Shown one piece after another: positions 19,597 to 28,403 of a stretch of 32,000 nt of DNA (the stretch's first letter is position 1; each line of letters opens with the position of its first letter). The notes under the pieces are model-generated. The model was not told the DNA's origin. It did not search any database and saw only the letters and a program-made list of their open reading frames with translations. The DNA lies in assembly GCF_003324675.1 (NCBI RefSeq), contig NZ_CP030918.1:1110001-1142000 (forward strand), written 5' to 3'. The position numbers and the translations under genes were made by a program. The DNA comes from Paracoccus suum (GTDB lineage Bacteria > Pseudomonadota > Alphaproteobacteria > Rhodobacterales > Rhodobacteraceae).

Positions 19597-20205
19597 ATGC
19601 TGACTTTCTTTCACGCGCCGAATTCGCGCTCGACATCGATCCTGGCCCTGATCAAGGAGATGGGAATCGAGGACAAGATCGACATCCGCGAGGTGACGAT
19701 ACGGCGTCAGGACGGCAGCGGCGGGCCCGACCCCGCCAACCCGCATCCCGATGGCAAGGTGCCCTGCCTGCAGGACGGCGACGATTTGGTCTATGAGCGG
19801 GCGGCGGTCATGCTGTACCTGACCGACCGCTTCCCGGAAGCGGGGATGGGACCGCTGCCAGGCGAGCCCAAGCGCGGCACATACCTGTCGTGGCTGTTTC
19901 ACTATCAAGGCGTGATCGAGCCCCTGATGATGCTGAAATGGGCCGGAATCGACAACGAGGTGCTGCGCTATCAGATGCGCAGCTTTGAAGATGCCGTGGC
20001 CCATATCGACGCGGCGCTGGCGGATGGTCCATGGCTGCTGGGCGAGCGGATGTCAGCGGCGGACCTGTTGATCTCTGGCCTGTTCCTCTTTGCCAAGATC
20101 GAGCCCGAGCAACCGCGCGTGCGAGATTGGATCAAGCGTTGCACGGATCGCCCGGCGGAAAAGGCGGCCTGGGCGGAAGATAATGCCAAGGCAATGAATG
20201 CGTGA
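19597..20205 (+). CDS. Glutathione S-transferase family protein, 202 aa
   Basis: ATG 19597 follows acggagg. The N-terminal thioredoxin-like domain carries KVPCLQDGDDLVYERAAVMLYL (the GST 'VP.L...ES.AI..YL'-type motif). Helical C-terminal domain. Divergent from the YafY regulator. Confidence 0.8.
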   Translation: MLTFFHAPNSRSTSILALIKEMGIEDKIDIREVTIRRQDGSGGPDPANPHPDGKVPCLQDGDDLVYERAAVMLYLTDRFPEAGMGPLPGEPKRGTYLSWLFHYQGVIEPLMMLKWAGIDNEVLRYQMRSFEDAVAHIDAALADGPWLLGERMSAADLLISGLFLFAKIEPEQPRVRDWIKRCTDRPAEKAAWAEDNAKAMNA

Positions 20206-20210
20206 GAAGG

Positions 20211-20238
20211 TCGGGGGCCTTCTGCTTTGGACCCCCGA
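20211..20238. terminator. Weak hairpin between the convergent GST and rlmN genes
   Basis: TCGGGGG (20211-20217) pairs with CCCCCGA (20232-20238). There is no clear T-run on either strand. Confidence 0.25.
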
Positions 20239-20279
20239 AATTCATCGATGCAGTGTGATGGAGCGTTTGCGTCGCCCCG

Positions 20280-21460
20280 TCAGGGCGCGGCGATCTCGGC
20301 CGCGATCTGGGCGCGGGATTTGCGCCCGCGCTCGGTTTCCGATTTCAGCTGGCCGCAGGCGGCCATGATGTCCTCGCCGCGCGGTTTGCGGATCGGGCTG
20401 GCGTAGCCCGCCTTGTAGATGATGTCGGCAAAGGCGCGGATCCGCTCGGGGTCGAGCGGCGATAGGGGGCGCCGGGCCATTCGTTGAAGGGGATCAGGTT
20501 GATCTTGGCCGGGATGCCGCGGATCAGTCTGACCAGCCGGTGGGCGTCCTCGTCGCTGTCATTCACGCCGTCCAGCATCACGTATTCAAAGGTGATGCGC
20601 TCGCTGTTGGACAGGCGCGGATAATCCCGCAGCGCCGCCAGCAGCGCCTGGATGTTCCAGCGCTTGTTGATCGGCACCAACCGGTCGCGCACCTCGTCGG
20701 TGGTGGCGTGAAAGCTGACGGCCAGCAGGCAGCCGATCTGCTCGGCCGTGCGCGCGATCTCGGGCACGACGCCCGAGGTCGACAGCGTGATGCGCCGGCG
20801 CGAGAGGGTCAGCCCTTCGCCGTCCATCACTACCGTCATGGCGTCGCGCACGCCCTCGAAATTATACAGCGGCTCCCCCATGCCCATCAGGACCAGGTTG
20901 CTCACCAGCCGTGTCTCGTCCTTGGGCGCGCCCGGCACCGGCCATTCGTCCAGATCGTCGCGCGCGACCATCAACTGGCCGACGATCTCGCCGGCGGTCA
21001 AGTTGCGCACCAGCTTTTGCGTACCGGTGTGGCAGAAGGAACAGGTCAGCGTGCAGCCGACCTGCGACGACACGCAAAGCGTGCCGCGATTCTCCTCGGG
21101 GATATAGACGGTCTCGACCTCGTGGCCGCCGGCGATCCGCAGCAGGTACTTGCGGGTGCCGTCCTCGCTGACCTGCCGGGTTACGACCTCGGGCAGTTCG
21201 ATCGTGAAATGCGCGGCCAGCAGGGCGCGGTAGTCCTTGGCGAGGTTGGTCATGGCGGCGAAATCGCGCACGCCCCAGTGATAGACCCACTGCCAGACCT
21301 GCCCGAGGCGCATCTTGGCCTGCTTTTCGGGCGTGCCAGCGGCGATCAACGCCTCAAGCAGTTGCGGGCGCGTCAGGCCGATGATGTTCACGAGCCCGCC
21401 CGCCGCGGACTTGCGCGGCAGGGTCAGCACATCCTGGGTGATCGGAACAGTCGGAATCAT
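20280..21460 (-). pseudogene. rlmN: rlmN (23S rRNA/tRNA A2503/A37 C2-methyltransferase, radical SAM), reading frame broken by an apparent 1-nt frameshift near 20450-20462
   Basis: ORF 20345..21460 carries the N-terminal domain, the radical-SAM cluster CTLTCSFC and ...[15 protein letters not shown], then a non-homologous Pro/Ser/Thr/Arg tail. The conserved C-terminus [38 protein letters not shown] is encoded in another frame (ORF 20280..20480). This could equally be a sequencing error, in which case it is an intact CDS. Confidence 0.8.
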
Positions 21461-21520
21461 GGCGCGGCCTGCCGGAAAACACGCTAACTAGTGCCGACCG
21501 CCCCTGAAATCAACCTTGGA

Positions 21521-22048
21521 TCAGCCGGCGCAGGCTGCCTTGGCCTTGTTGGTCGCGTCGGTGATGCCCTTCAGCGAAAAGGTGTCGACCGTCGTCGTGC
21601 CGCGGCCGGACTTGCCCGTCACGACGGCATCGGCGCCCGCGCGCAGGGCGGCAATCACCTTGGCGTCGTCATCCGGGGATCCGGTCCAGGCGCTCTCGCC
21701 CTCGGTGAACAGCTTGAAGGTATTGTCGCCCACCACGACGCTGACGGTCGAGCCCGAGGCGAACGGGTAGCCCCCGCCAAAGCTGACCTCGCCGGCCTGG
21801 CCGGGACGGTACGCGATATAGAGACGGATGTCGCCGCGCTCGACCTCGACGGGTTTGCCGTCGCGCGTGTTGACGGTCTTTTTCGGCGGCGAGACGGCCC
21901 AGCATTCTTTGGGCTTGTCGCCCTGAAACGCGGTCCAGTCACCCGAAGTCCCAATCACATTCGAGGATTCCTGCGCCGCAACGCCCCCCGCCATGGCGGC
22001 CGAGGCGAGCGCAGCGGCGAGGACCGTGCGGAGAATGGGGGAAGTCAT
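21521..22048 (-). CDS. Invasion-associated locus B (IalB) family periplasmic protein
   Basis: Signal peptide MTSPILRTVLAAALASAAMAGGVAAQ. Size and sequence style (GDWTAF..., ...ECWAVS...) fit IalB-like proteins, which commonly sit just upstream of rlmN in alphaproteobacteria. SD aggagg is present. Family assignment is from memory only. Confidence 0.6.
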   Translation of the reverse strand: MTSPILRTVLAAALASAAMAGGVAAQESSNVIGTSGDWTAFQGDKPKECWAVSPPKKTVNTRDGKPVEVERGDIRLYIAYRPGQAGEVSFGGGYPFASGSTVSVVVGDNTFKLFTEGESAWTGSPDDDAKVIAALRAGADAVVTGKSGRGTTTVDTFSLKGITDATNKAKAACAG

Positions 22049-22189
22049 GGCTGCTCAGCCTCCTGTATCACTGTCGTCGGATGTGGCCTTTTCGGTCACT
22101 TGCCGACAGGATAACGGATGTGAGCCCTGAAGAAAGGGCCAGCGGCTGAAAATCGCGCATTTGTCAGCACCAGCGTGAAGGGAGGACAG

Positions 22190-23176
22190 ATGTCCGCAGC
22201 GGAATTGATCGAATTGTGGCGTGGCGATCTGCGCGAGGGGGTGCATCGCGGCCATGCGGTGATTGCCGATCGCAATGGTATCGTGGAAGCCTGGGGCGAT
22301 CCGGCAGCGATTATCTTTCCGCGCTCGTCCTGCAAGATGATCCAGGCGCTGCCGCTGATTGAAAGCGGTGCGGCCGATGCTGCAAATCTTGGCACCGAGC
22401 AATTGGCGTTGACCTGCGCCAGCCATAATGGCGCAGCGATGCATGTCGGCCGGGTTGGCACCTGGCTGGAGGGGCTGGGGCTGGGCGAGGCAGACCTGCG
22501 CTGCGGCAGCCATATGCCGCGCGATCCGGACGAGGCGCGCCGGCTGACCTGCTCGGAGGAGGCACCCTGCCAGTTGCATAACAACTGCTCTGGCAAGCAC
22601 GCGGGTTTTCTGACGCTGAATCGTCATCTCGGAGCCGGCAGCGAATATGTCGAGATGGACCATCCGATCCAGCAAGCTATCCGGCAGGCCACCGCCGAGG
22701 TTTGCGCTTCCGAGATCGCGGGCTGGGGGATCGACGGCTGCTCGGCCCCCAATTTCGCGGTGCCGCTGCAGGGCCTCGCCCATGCCATGGCCAGCTTCGC
22801 GACCCCCGACTCCGACGCGCGCGGCGCGGCCATGACGCGGCTGACTCAGGCGATGGTGACCCACCCGGAACTGGTCGCGGGCGAGGGTCGTGCCTGCACC
22901 AACCTGATGCGCGCCATGGGCGGGCGGGTCGCGGTCAAGACCGGGGCCGAGGCTGTGTTCATCGCGATCCTGCCTGAAATGGGTCTGGGGATCGCGCTGA
23001 AGATCGAGGATGGGGGCACCCGCGCCGCAGAGGCGGCGATTACCGCCCTGCTGGTACATCTTGGGGCGCTGGAGGCCGAGCATCCCGTGGTTTCGGAATT
23101 GCTGACCGGTCCGCAGCGCAACTGGCGCGGCCGCGAGACGGGCGGGCTGCGCCTGTCGCCCGGTTTTCCGATCTGA
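22190..23176 (+). CDS. Asparaginase family protein (L-asparaginase II / PF06089-like), 328 aa
   Basis: ATG 22190 is preceded by gggagg; the track's GTG at 22175 is less likely. Sequence: ...HRGHAVIADRNGIVEAWGDPAAIIFPRSSCKMIQALPLIESG..., CASHNG, NNCSGKHAG, GIDGCSAPNFA. Confidence 0.7.
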   Translation: MSAAELIELWRGDLREGVHRGHAVIADRNGIVEAWGDPAAIIFPRSSCKMIQALPLIESGAADAANLGTEQLALTCASHNGAAMHVGRVGTWLEGLGLGEADLRCGSHMPRDPDEARRLTCSEEAPCQLHNNCSGKHAGFLTLNRHLGAGSEYVEMDHPIQQAIRQATAEVCASEIAGWGIDGCSAPNFAVPLQGLAHAMASFATPDSDARGAAMTRLTQAMVTHPELVAGEGRACTNLMRAMGGRVAVKTGAEAVFIAILPEMGLGIALKIEDGGTRAAEAAITALLVHLGALEAEHPVVSELLTGPQRNWRGRETGGLRLSPGFPI

Positions 23177-23183
23177 CATCGCG

Positions 23184-23210
23184 GCCTGCCGCTAGGCGGC
23201 AGGCGCGTTT
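23184..23210 (+). terminator. Candidate terminator after the asparaginase gene
   Basis: GCCTGCCGC-tag-GCGGCAGGC: a perfect 9-bp stem (23184-23204), followed by gcgttt (short T-run). Confidence 0.35.
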
Positions 23211-23238
23211 AGCGTGGAGGGGGCTGACGCCCCCGACC

Positions 23239-24453
23239 TCACTCCTTGCCGATGGCGTTCACGATGGCATCGAAAAATGCCATCGGATCGACCGGCTCCA
23301 TGTTGAGGGGCTGAGGCTGGGCGGCGATCAGGGCAATCACCACGTGCTCGGCGGGGTCGATATAGATGTTCTGGCCCTGGATTCCGACCGCGGCATAGGC
23401 CTTGTGGGCCTTGGACTGGTCGGTCCAGGCGGGCCACCACATCATGCCGTATTCTTCGGTCGCGCCGCCTTTCAGGGTGATGGGCAGGCCGGCGCGCTCG
23501 GTCCAGCCGTCGGGCAGGACGGAGGCGCCGCCGGCCTTTCCTCCGTCGAGGAAGAACTGCCCGAAACGGGCGAAATCGCGCAACGTGGCAGAGAGGCCGC
23601 TGCCGCCGATCTCGTGCCCGTCCGGGCTATCGAGCCACCATTTCGCGTCAGCTTCCATGCCGTAAGGCTGCCAGATCTTTTCGGCCAGATAGTCGGCCAG
23701 CGGCTTGCCGGTCGCGCCGATCACGATCTCGCCCGCGACTTGGGTTTCGCCGGTGGAATAGGTGTGGGCCGTCCCCGGCTCGGACGCGCGGGGCAGGGCG
23801 GCCATGACCTTCATCAGACCGCCCGGCTCCTGCGCGATCTGCGCGGCCAGCAGGTGGCGGCGGTCGGACGCCGGATCGGTATAGGTCTCGTCCCACTTGA
23901 CGCCCGAGGTCATGGTCAGGATCTGCCCGACCGTGACGCCGTCATAGGCGCTGCCCTTCAGCGCCGGGACGTAGTCGGTCACCAAGGCATCCTCGCCCTT
24001 GATCGCGCCATCGCGGATCGCCGCGCCGATCAGCGTCGAGGTGATGGATTTCGCCAGCGACATCGACATCCAGCGCGTGTCCGGGCCATTCCCACGCTGA
24101 TAGATCTCAGTCACGACCTTGCCGTCCTTGAGGACCAGCAGGCCCGTGACGCTGTTCAGCGCGATCACGTCGTCGAGGTCGTACTCGATGTCCTTGATGG
24201 TAAGGTCCAGCGGTCCGAGCTTCAGCGCGGAAGGCTCGAGCGGAAAAGGCTTGTCCGAGGCTGGAACGGTGCGGGTCGGAAACAGCCGGTCGATGTTGCG
24301 AAAGGTTGCGACAGCGTCGTCGGGCAGCAGATCGCCGTCATAGATCTGCTCGACCGTGCCGATCTTCTCCTCGGCATGGCGGTAGGGCTTTTCGGCCAGC
24401 GTCGGTGTGGCGGTCAGCGTGGCGCAGGTGGTCAGCGCGAGGAGGCGTTTCAT
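23239..24453 (-). CDS. Serine hydrolase, beta-lactamase/PBP (class C-like) family, secreted, 404 aa
   Basis: Signal peptide MKRLLALTTCATLTATPTLA and SxxK active-site motif in MSMSLAKSITS. SD gggaaggga lies upstream. Confidence 0.75.
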   Translation of the reverse strand: MKRLLALTTCATLTATPTLAEKPYRHAEEKIGTVEQIYDGDLLPDDAVATFRNIDRLFPTRTVPASDKPFPLEPSALKLGPLDLTIKDIEYDLDDVIALNSVTGLLVLKDGKVVTEIYQRGNGPDTRWMSMSLAKSITSTLIGAAIRDGAIKGEDALVTDYVPALKGSAYDGVTVGQILTMTSGVKWDETYTDPASDRRHLLAAQIAQEPGGLMKVMAALPRASEPGTAHTYSTGETQVAGEIVIGATGKPLADYLAEKIWQPYGMEADAKWWLDSPDGHEIGGSGLSATLRDFARFGQFFLDGGKAGGASVLPDGWTERAGLPITLKGGATEEYGMMWWPAWTDQSKAHKAYAAVGIQGQNIYIDPAEHVVIALIAAQPQPLNMEPVDPMAFFDAIVNAIGKE

Positions 24454-24528
24454 CCGGTTCCCTTCCCTGAGGTCAAGGCACCTTGCAGCGCGCCGTCGTG
24501 GCGATCCAGATGAAATGAAGGGGCCCGC

Positions 24529-24876
24529 TTAATCGGGGCCGATGACGACCATGCCGTCGATCAGCGCCAGGGGCAGCGCCTCCAGTCCGTCGTCGGCCGG
24601 CCCGCAGATCAGGGCGCCATCGCGCGCGTCGAAGCATGCCTGATGGGCGCTACAGATAAGGCGCGCGCCGTCCTCGGACAGCACGTTGGGGCCGTGAAAA
24701 TCCAACGGCAGGTATTGGTGGGGGCAGGCGTTCACATAGCCCGCAAGGCCGCCCGCCCCTTGCACCAGCAGCACCGGGAAGCCGTCCAGATCGAGGCTGG
24801 CCGTGGGCGCAACCGCGGCCAGCGGGCAGAGGATGGTTCCCGCCGCGGGCGCGCGAGGCCAGTCACGCCAACTCAT
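24529..24876 (-). CDS. Small stand-alone Rieske [2Fe-2S] domain protein, 115 aa
   Basis: CxH...CxxH ligand pairs: CPHQ ... CSAHQACF. Confidence 0.7.
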   Translation of the reverse strand: MSWRDWPRAPAAGTILCPLAAVAPTASLDLDGFPVLLVQGAGGLAGYVNACPHQYLPLDFHGPNVLSEDGARLICSAHQACFDARDGALICGPADDGLEALPLALIDGMVVIGPD

Positions 24877-24903
24877 GCTGCCATCTCATTCGCCGGGCTG
24901 ACC

Positions 24904-26019
24904 TTACGCCGCGGGCGCGTCGGTCGCGAGCACGCCGCGGCGCACCTGGTCCTCTTCGATGGATTCGAACAGGGCACGAAAGTTGCCCTCGCCAAAGCCA
25001 TCGTCGCCCTTGCGCTGGATGAACTCGAAGAAGATCGGCCCGATGACGGTCTTGCTGAACACCTGAAGCAGGATGCGGGTGACCCCGCCGCCCACCACGC
25101 CCTCGCCGTCGATCAGGATGCCATTGCGCATCATCCGGTCCATCGGCTCGGTGTGGTCTTTCACGCGGCGGTGCGACATTTCGTAATAGGTCGCGGGCGG
25201 GGCGGGCATGAACTCGACCCCCTGGGCCGCGATGAGGTCGGTCGAGGCATAGATGTCGTTCGTCGCCACCGCGATGTGCTGGATGCCCTCGCCGTTGTAT
25301 TCACGCAGGTACTCCGCGATCTGGCTTTTGTCGTCCGCGCTTTCGTTGATCGGGATGCGGATCTTGCCGTCGGGAGAAGTCAGCGCCCGGGAGAACAGGC
25401 CGGTCTGCTTGCCCTTGATGTCGAAGTAGCGAATTTCGCGGAAGTTGAACGTGTCGTGGTAGAACTTGTACCAGGTGTCCATGTTGCCGCGCACGACGTT
25501 GTGCGTCAGGTGGTCGATGTAATAGAACCCAGCACCCTCGGGCCGGGGATCAGCCTCGCCCAGCCAGTCGTAATCATCGCCCCAGGCGCTGCCGGCGTCG
25601 TCATATTTCTCGATGAAATAGAGCAAGCTGCCGCCGATGCCGATTACTGCCGGCGCATCCAGCACCTTGCTGGGGCCGGTGTATTCGATGGCGCCCAGAT
25701 CGACAGCACGCCGCAGGGCATGGGCGGCATCGACGACGCGCCAACCCATCGCGGGGGCGCAGGGGCCGTGGTCGGCGATGAAGCGGCTGGCGTGGCTGCC
25801 CGGCTCGGCGTTCAGCAGGTAGTTGATCCCGCCCTGGCGATACAGGGTGACGGCCATGCGCTTGTGACGCGCCACCGGCACGAAACCCATGGCGCGAAAG
25901 AGGGCATCCAGCTTTTCCGGTTCGGGGTGGGCGAATTCGACAAATTCAAAGCCATCTGTGCCAGCGGGATTGATCTCGCTGATCGTGGCTTTCGGTGCGT
26001 CGTGCGGAAACGGTCCCAT
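24904..26019 (-). CDS. hppD: 4-hydroxyphenylpyruvate dioxygenase
   Basis: Internal ATG 26019: MGPFPHDAPKATISEINPAGTDGFEFVEFAHPEPEKLDALFRAMGF... Also HLTHNV and GIQHIA, with C-terminal FFEFIQRKGDDGFGEGNFRALFESIEEDQVRRGVL. Confidence 0.92.
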   Translation of the reverse strand: MGPFPHDAPKATISEINPAGTDGFEFVEFAHPEPEKLDALFRAMGFVPVARHKRMAVTLYRQGGINYLLNAEPGSHASRFIADHGPCAPAMGWRVVDAAHALRRAVDLGAIEYTGPSKVLDAPAVIGIGGSLLYFIEKYDDAGSAWGDDYDWLGEADPRPEGAGFYYIDHLTHNVVRGNMDTWYKFYHDTFNFREIRYFDIKGKQTGLFSRALTSPDGKIRIPINESADDKSQIAEYLREYNGEGIQHIAVATNDIYASTDLIAAQGVEFMPAPPATYYEMSHRRVKDHTEPMDRMMRNGILIDGEGVVGGGVTRILLQVFSKTVIGPIFFEFIQRKGDDGFGEGNFRALFESIEEDQVRRGVLATDAPAA

Positions 26020-26134
26020 AGTGCGGCCCCCCAAAAATGATGGGGCATTGTGCCGCAGGATGCGCGCACAGGCTTTGCGTTCTGGTTCATAGACGGGCAG
26101 GATATGCACGAATTGCGCGTGTAATGGGAGTTGT

Positions 26135-26602
26135 ATGAGCGAGATCACCCTCGACAGCTATGATCGTGCAATTCTGTCCGCATTGCAGCGGGACGGCGCG
26201 TTGACGAACGCCCAATTGTCCGAGCTGGTGCATCTGTCCCCCTCGCAATGCTCGCGCCGGCGTCTGGCGCTGGAACGGGCGGGGGCGATCACAGGCTATC
26301 ACGCCCGGCTCGCCCCGCGCGCGCTGGGCTTTGGCATCCGCGCCTTTACCCGCGTCAATCTGCGCAGCCATGGCAAGCAGAGCGACGGCGACTTCGCCAC
26401 CTTTGTCGGCAGCCTGCCGCAGGTGCGCGGCGCACATTCGGTGTCGGGCGATGCGGATTACGTGCTGGAACTCGTGGTCGAGGATGTCGACGCACTCGCC
26501 GCCTTTATTCACCAGCACTTGCTGCCGCATCCGCAGATCGCCCAGGTCCGCAGCGAGATCGTGCTGAAGTCGGTCAAGGACGCGGGCGGGGTGCCGCTTT
26601 AG
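26135..26602 (+). CDS. Lrp/AsnC family transcriptional regulator
   Basis: AsnC-type HTH LDSYDRAILSALQRDGALTNAQLSELVHLSPSQCSRRRLALERAGAITGY plus a C-terminal RAM/ligand domain. Divergent from hppD. Confidence 0.9.
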   Translation: MSEITLDSYDRAILSALQRDGALTNAQLSELVHLSPSQCSRRRLALERAGAITGYHARLAPRALGFGIRAFTRVNLRSHGKQSDGDFATFVGSLPQVRGAHSVSGDADYVLELVVEDVDALAAFIHQHLLPHPQIAQVRSEIVLKSVKDAGGVPL

Positions 26603-27354
26603 AGCAGGTCCCAGATCAGCTTCAGCGCGAGGCAGCTGGAGGTGACGACAAGAAGCGGCTTGATCAGGCGTGCGCCGATCCGCACCGCCAGTCGCGCGCC
26701 CAGTGCCGCGCCCATGACCTGCCCGGCGGCCATCGCCAGCCCGAGCAGCCAAAGCGGATGCCCAGTCAGAGCAAAGCCGGTCAGGCCGCCCGCGTTCGAG
26801 GCAAAGTTCAGCAGCTTTGTATGCGCCGTCGCCCGCAGGATGCCGTGCCCGGCCAGCGTGACGAAGGCGATCATGTAAAACGCCCCCGCGCCGGGGCCGA
26901 GCAGCCCGTCGTAAAAGGCGATGAGCGGCACGATCAGCGCGGTGAACGCCGCCGGGCGCAGGCGCTCGGTCCGGTCGAGGTCGCCAAGCCCGGGCTTGAG
27001 GGCAAAGAACAGCGCGATGCCAACCAGCACGACTGGTAGCGCGTAGCGCAGCGCCTGTGTCGGGATCGCGCTGACGGCCAGCGCGCCGCCGAGCCCCGCG
27101 GCAAAGGCCAGTGCGGCAGCGACGATCTGGCGGCGCGGATCGACGTGGCCGCTGCGGGCATAACTGATCGCGGCGGTCGCGGCGCCGAACACGCCCTGCA
27201 CCTTGTTGGTCGCCAGCGCCTGCGTCGGCGGCACGCCGGCCAGCAGCAGCGCCGGAACGGTGATCAACCCGCCGCCGCCGGCGATGGCGTCGACAAACCC
27301 GGCCGCAACGGCCGCCGCGATCAGGGCCGCGAGGATCTGGGGGTCGAGGGTCAT
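26599..27354 (-). CDS. TSUP (TauE/SafE) family anion permease, 251 aa
   Basis: Polytopic Gly/Ala-rich membrane protein with GFVDAIAGGGGLITVPALLLAGVPPTQALATNK. The ATG overlaps the serB stop (ATGA at 27351-27354). Confidence 0.82.
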   Translation of the reverse strand: MTLDPQILAALIAAAVAAGFVDAIAGGGGLITVPALLLAGVPPTQALATNKVQGVFGAATAAISYARSGHVDPRRQIVAAALAFAAGLGGALAVSAIPTQALRYALPVVLVGIALFFALKPGLGDLDRTERLRPAAFTALIVPLIAFYDGLLGPGAGAFYMIAFVTLAGHGILRATAHTKLLNFASNAGGLTGFALTGHPLWLLGLAMAAGQVMGAALGARLAVRIGARLIKPLLVVTSSCLALKLIWDLL

Positions 27355-28250
27355 GCCGCGAATTCGTCCCGGTGATAACCCTGCAGATACAGAAGACCGG
27401 TCAGGTCGGCATGATCCAGCCGGATCGGGGCCTGCGCCGCCACGGTCGGCTTTGCGTGCAGCGCGACGCCGGTCCCGGCGGCCAACAGCATCGGCAGATC
27501 GTTAGCACCGTCGCCGACCGCGATGGCATCGGCTGGGGTCAGCCCGCGCGCGGCGGCGATCTGGTGCAGCGCCTCGACCTTGGCCTCGCGGCCGAGGATC
27601 GGCATGCCGACCTGCCCCAGCAACACCCCGTCCGAGGCGAGCAGCGTGTTCGCCCGGTCCTCGTCAAAGCCGAGGGCCTTGGCGACCGGCGCGGTGAAGT
27701 CGGTGAACCCGCCCGAGACGAGCGCCGCATAGGCACCGTGCGCGCGCATCGTCGCGACCAGCGCTGCCCCGCCAGCGGCCAGGGTGATGCGCGTGGCCAA
27801 AACCTCGGCGATTGCGGCTTCGGGCAGCCCGCTCAGCAGGCCGACACGCTCGATCAGCGCCTCCTCGAAGTCCAGCTCGCCATTCATCGCGCGGGTGGTG
27901 ATCGCCGCGACGCGGCCGCCGACGCCGGCGAAATCGGCCAGCTCGTCAATGCATTCCTGCGAGATCATGGTCGAATCCATGTCCGCCAAAAGCAGCGCCT
28001 TTCGCCGCGCACCCTCCGGCTGGATCGCGAGATCAAAGCCGTCGCCATGAAGCGTGGCCCATGTCGCGTGAAAGGCGTCCCCTGACGGCGCGGCAAACTC
28101 GGCTGCGAGGCCCGTGGCCAGCCAGTGCGCATCCGTCCCGTCCATGCCGCGCAACGCGATGTCGAGGATGCCCTGGGTCAGATCGGCGCGCGCCGGGGCG
28201 GCGAGGAGGGTGACGATCGGCATGCTCAGTCCTGCGGCTAGGGACGTCAT
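27351..28250 (-). CDS. serB: Phosphoserine phosphatase SerB (HAD superfamily)
   Basis: HAD motif [12 protein letters not shown] (DxDxT), then LVSGGF and [10 protein letters not shown]. Alternative start at 28223 (MPIVTLLA...). Confidence 0.88.
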   Translation of the reverse strand: MTSLAAGLSMPIVTLLAAPARADLTQGILDIALRGMDGTDAHWLATGLAAEFAAPSGDAFHATWATLHGDGFDLAIQPEGARRKALLLADMDSTMISQECIDELADFAGVGGRVAAITTRAMNGELDFEEALIERVGLLSGLPEAAIAEVLATRITLAAGGAALVATMRAHGAYAALVSGGFTDFTAPVAKALGFDEDRANTLLASDGVLLGQVGMPILGREAKVEALHQIAAARGLTPADAIAVGDGANDLPMLLAAGTGVALHAKPTVAAQAPIRLDHADLTGLLYLQGYHRDEFAA

Positions 28251-28403
28251 CGCCGCCTAGCGCAGCCGCCGGGCAAGGGAAAGCGCCCACGTCAGTTGCC
28301 TCGCATCCGCGACATTCGGATGTTGCGCGACTCGGGCGGCGCCGGTAGAGCGGTCAGTGGGCCACCCCTCCCCACCGAGGGGCCTTTAGCTGGAAGGCTA
28401 ACC

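Noticed and set aside
10555-20205. The porin-to-GST segment as a horizontally acquired island or defence locus.
   Set aside because: There is no integrase, transposase, tRNA attachment site, flanking direct repeats, toxin-antitoxin pair, or restriction/CRISPR/abortive-infection-like genes. Apart from the porin gene and the 17.3-kb promoter island, composition looks like the surrounding core genes.
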